Source of the DNA: Anolis carolinensis
Taxonomy: Eukaryota
Reading direction: 5' to 3'
Length of the DNA: 64,000 nucleotides
Assembly (NCBI RefSeq): GCF_035594765.1
Contig: NC_085842.1
Location: forward strand, 109,034,782-109,098,781
Under the pieces are notes generated by a model. That model saw only the letters and a program-made list of their open reading frames with translations. It made no database searches and was not told the origin of the DNA. Shown piece after piece: positions 61,906 through 64,000 of this stretch; position 1 is the first letter of the stretch, and each line of letters begins with the position of its first letter. The position numbers and the translations under genes were made by a program.

Positions 61906-64000
61906 TCTTGGCATCAACATGCTCAGTATCGAGACATTGTACCACTATATACAACATAAGGAATACTCTTTGTACACAACAAAAAACACAAACAGAAACA
62001 TTAAGTTTAAGAAGTTAGCAAAACCATAAATAAGGACAAATTGTACATTTTTGGGAAAATCTCATTATTATATACAACATAGATGGCATGGACCCATAGT
62101 CAGTTGCTATAATTTAAAAGTGTAAAGAATGCAAGGTAACTAAATGCAAAGGCACTGAGCACAGCTTCCCTCCCCTCTCTTTTTGCAAGCCAGAAACCAG
62201 ATGTTTTTTTAAAGAAACAAACAAATCCTCATTACACAGTACATACGCAAAGAGCTACATATGCTGCAACAGAAACAAAAGGAAAAAATAGAGGCTTAAG
62301 GACGTTTCCCCTGGATGAATATGAGAGCAGGAATAAACAAAGGCAAGGATCACACATAAGTCAACTGAAGATTTGCAAACTACGGGCTCTATAGTGTTTT
62401 CTTGGCCCAATAGTGAACTAAATTACCCTTTTCAGTAGTGATGGTAGAGCCATGAATGGTCATTAGACTTACAAACATTGCGAGCAGGCTGTGTATGAAG
62501 CCAAAGGTAAAGACTGAAGCAGGCAATGCAGAGACAGGTTTTGCATTGTGTTAAGCTGTGGTCAAACTATAGAAGCTTAGTTGTAGTCACCAACACCATA
62601 TGGTACTCAATGAGTATAGCATTGCTATGAATAATATGCCAGCAAAGTGAGGACTGTTGAAAGTGTTACAACCCCATGGTTTCAAAGGCTGTGTGTCTCT
62701 TGCTATCTCTGTGTTAAAACTAGTGTGTTACTGCACACCGTCGTAGATTTAAGATCAAGTAAATGGCTTGAGAACATAAAACAATTTCAAAGTATATAAC
62801 ATATTGACTATACGTAAGAGAAATAATTGACAGTTATAACAGCCAGGTCTTCATGGATCTTCCTGAAACCTCCTCTAGGGGCATTTGATACCACTTGACA
62901 ATTCTGGATTTATAATCTCTAGAGTCAAAATTTTGGTAGAAAAACAAAAATGTGTAGATAATTACTCAACAGAAATCAAGGGGACAGGTCTTACATTGGC
63001 ATTCCCACTGGTTAATTGTTGGACACTGTTTCTCTTGTTGTGTACAATTATTTACCAAAATCAAGGTATAATTTAGCAGACATCCTGAACGCCCAATATG
63101 CAACATGGCAATGATTTCAAACCCCTAAATGTTTTGGACTGAAGCTCGCAGACTCTTTGGTCATTGGTCATGCTGACTGAGGCTTCTGGGAGTCAAAGTC
63201 CAAAACATCAAGACGACCAAAGCTGAGAATTACTACACTGTGAAACTCACAATTGTGGATCCATCAGTGTGCAAACGCTTGGAGACTTCCTCTCCTCTGA
63301 CAGCAACTGTGACAACTTTGCTGAGAGGAGGAAGGCAAGGATTCACTGGTGTGATTTCATTGGTGTGTTTGTGGATGTATCAATATAAGAATGGGAGCTG
63401 TCTTGAGTTTCGGTCATTTCTTTTCTGTTGGATTAGAAATGCTTCATTATACAGATTCTTCTTCAGGTTCCTTATAAATCATACTATAACTTCTTTATTA
63501 TAGAGCATATTATAACAGCAAGGTGCTCTTTGGAGGAGTTACTAAACTTGAGGGAGTTTGAATGCAATCATCTACAAAGCCCAACATGTTATTGCCTTTG
63601 CCACCTAGTTATTCAGTAAATATATACTGAATATTTTAAAAACGAAACAAACCTATTAAAAAATCATCTGAATAAGTATTTTATGAACAACCATCACAAT
63701 ATAAGCAAACACATATGTCTCTTCTGACCGTAGTACAGTTGATGGGGGAAGGGGGCTATAATTCAACTATGAATTCTAAATCTTTTTTTAACTTCATCCA
63801 CTACCAAAATATATAATCCATATCTATAACCACTTTTTCTTCAGCTGACATTTAGCTGAAATTGAACAGCAGTAAAAAGGAATGAGAATTGTTCCACACA
63901 GTAATTTGGTGCAATTACTAGGAGTCATCCACAATCAACTGCACATCCAGTTCTCAAAGTATAATCACAATTTTTGCCAGGATTTTTCTACATCAGCCAT

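Overview
Vertebrate genomic DNA; the repeat content (Sauria SINE, Penelope, Vingi, CR1, L2, RTE, Dong/R4, DIRS, hAT MITEs) points to a squamate, probably an anole lizard (inference). The window is the Th2 cytokine locus. It holds the last ten coding exons of RAD50 (+, 946-17332), then two tandem four-exon, all-phase-0 genes for secreted short-chain four-helix cytokines that the ORF track misses. Cytokine A (31035-36758, 137 aa) sits at the IL13 position and cytokine B (49551-52627, 149 aa) at the IL4 position. A minus-strand poly(A) site at about 61.9 kb is probably the end of KIF3A. The two cytokines share an unusual cysteine scaffold, promoter and upstream STAT/GATA element, suggesting a divergent IL-4/13 pair from a local duplication. 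Other highlights: a solo LTR in RAD50 intron 21 encoding two helix+acidic+FxGF motifs resembling LEDGF/TND-binding motifs, Penelope pseudo-LTRs with minimal hammerhead ribozyme cores, and a decayed DIRS retrotransposon. Comparisons with human proteins and exon sizes are from memory and need alignment.
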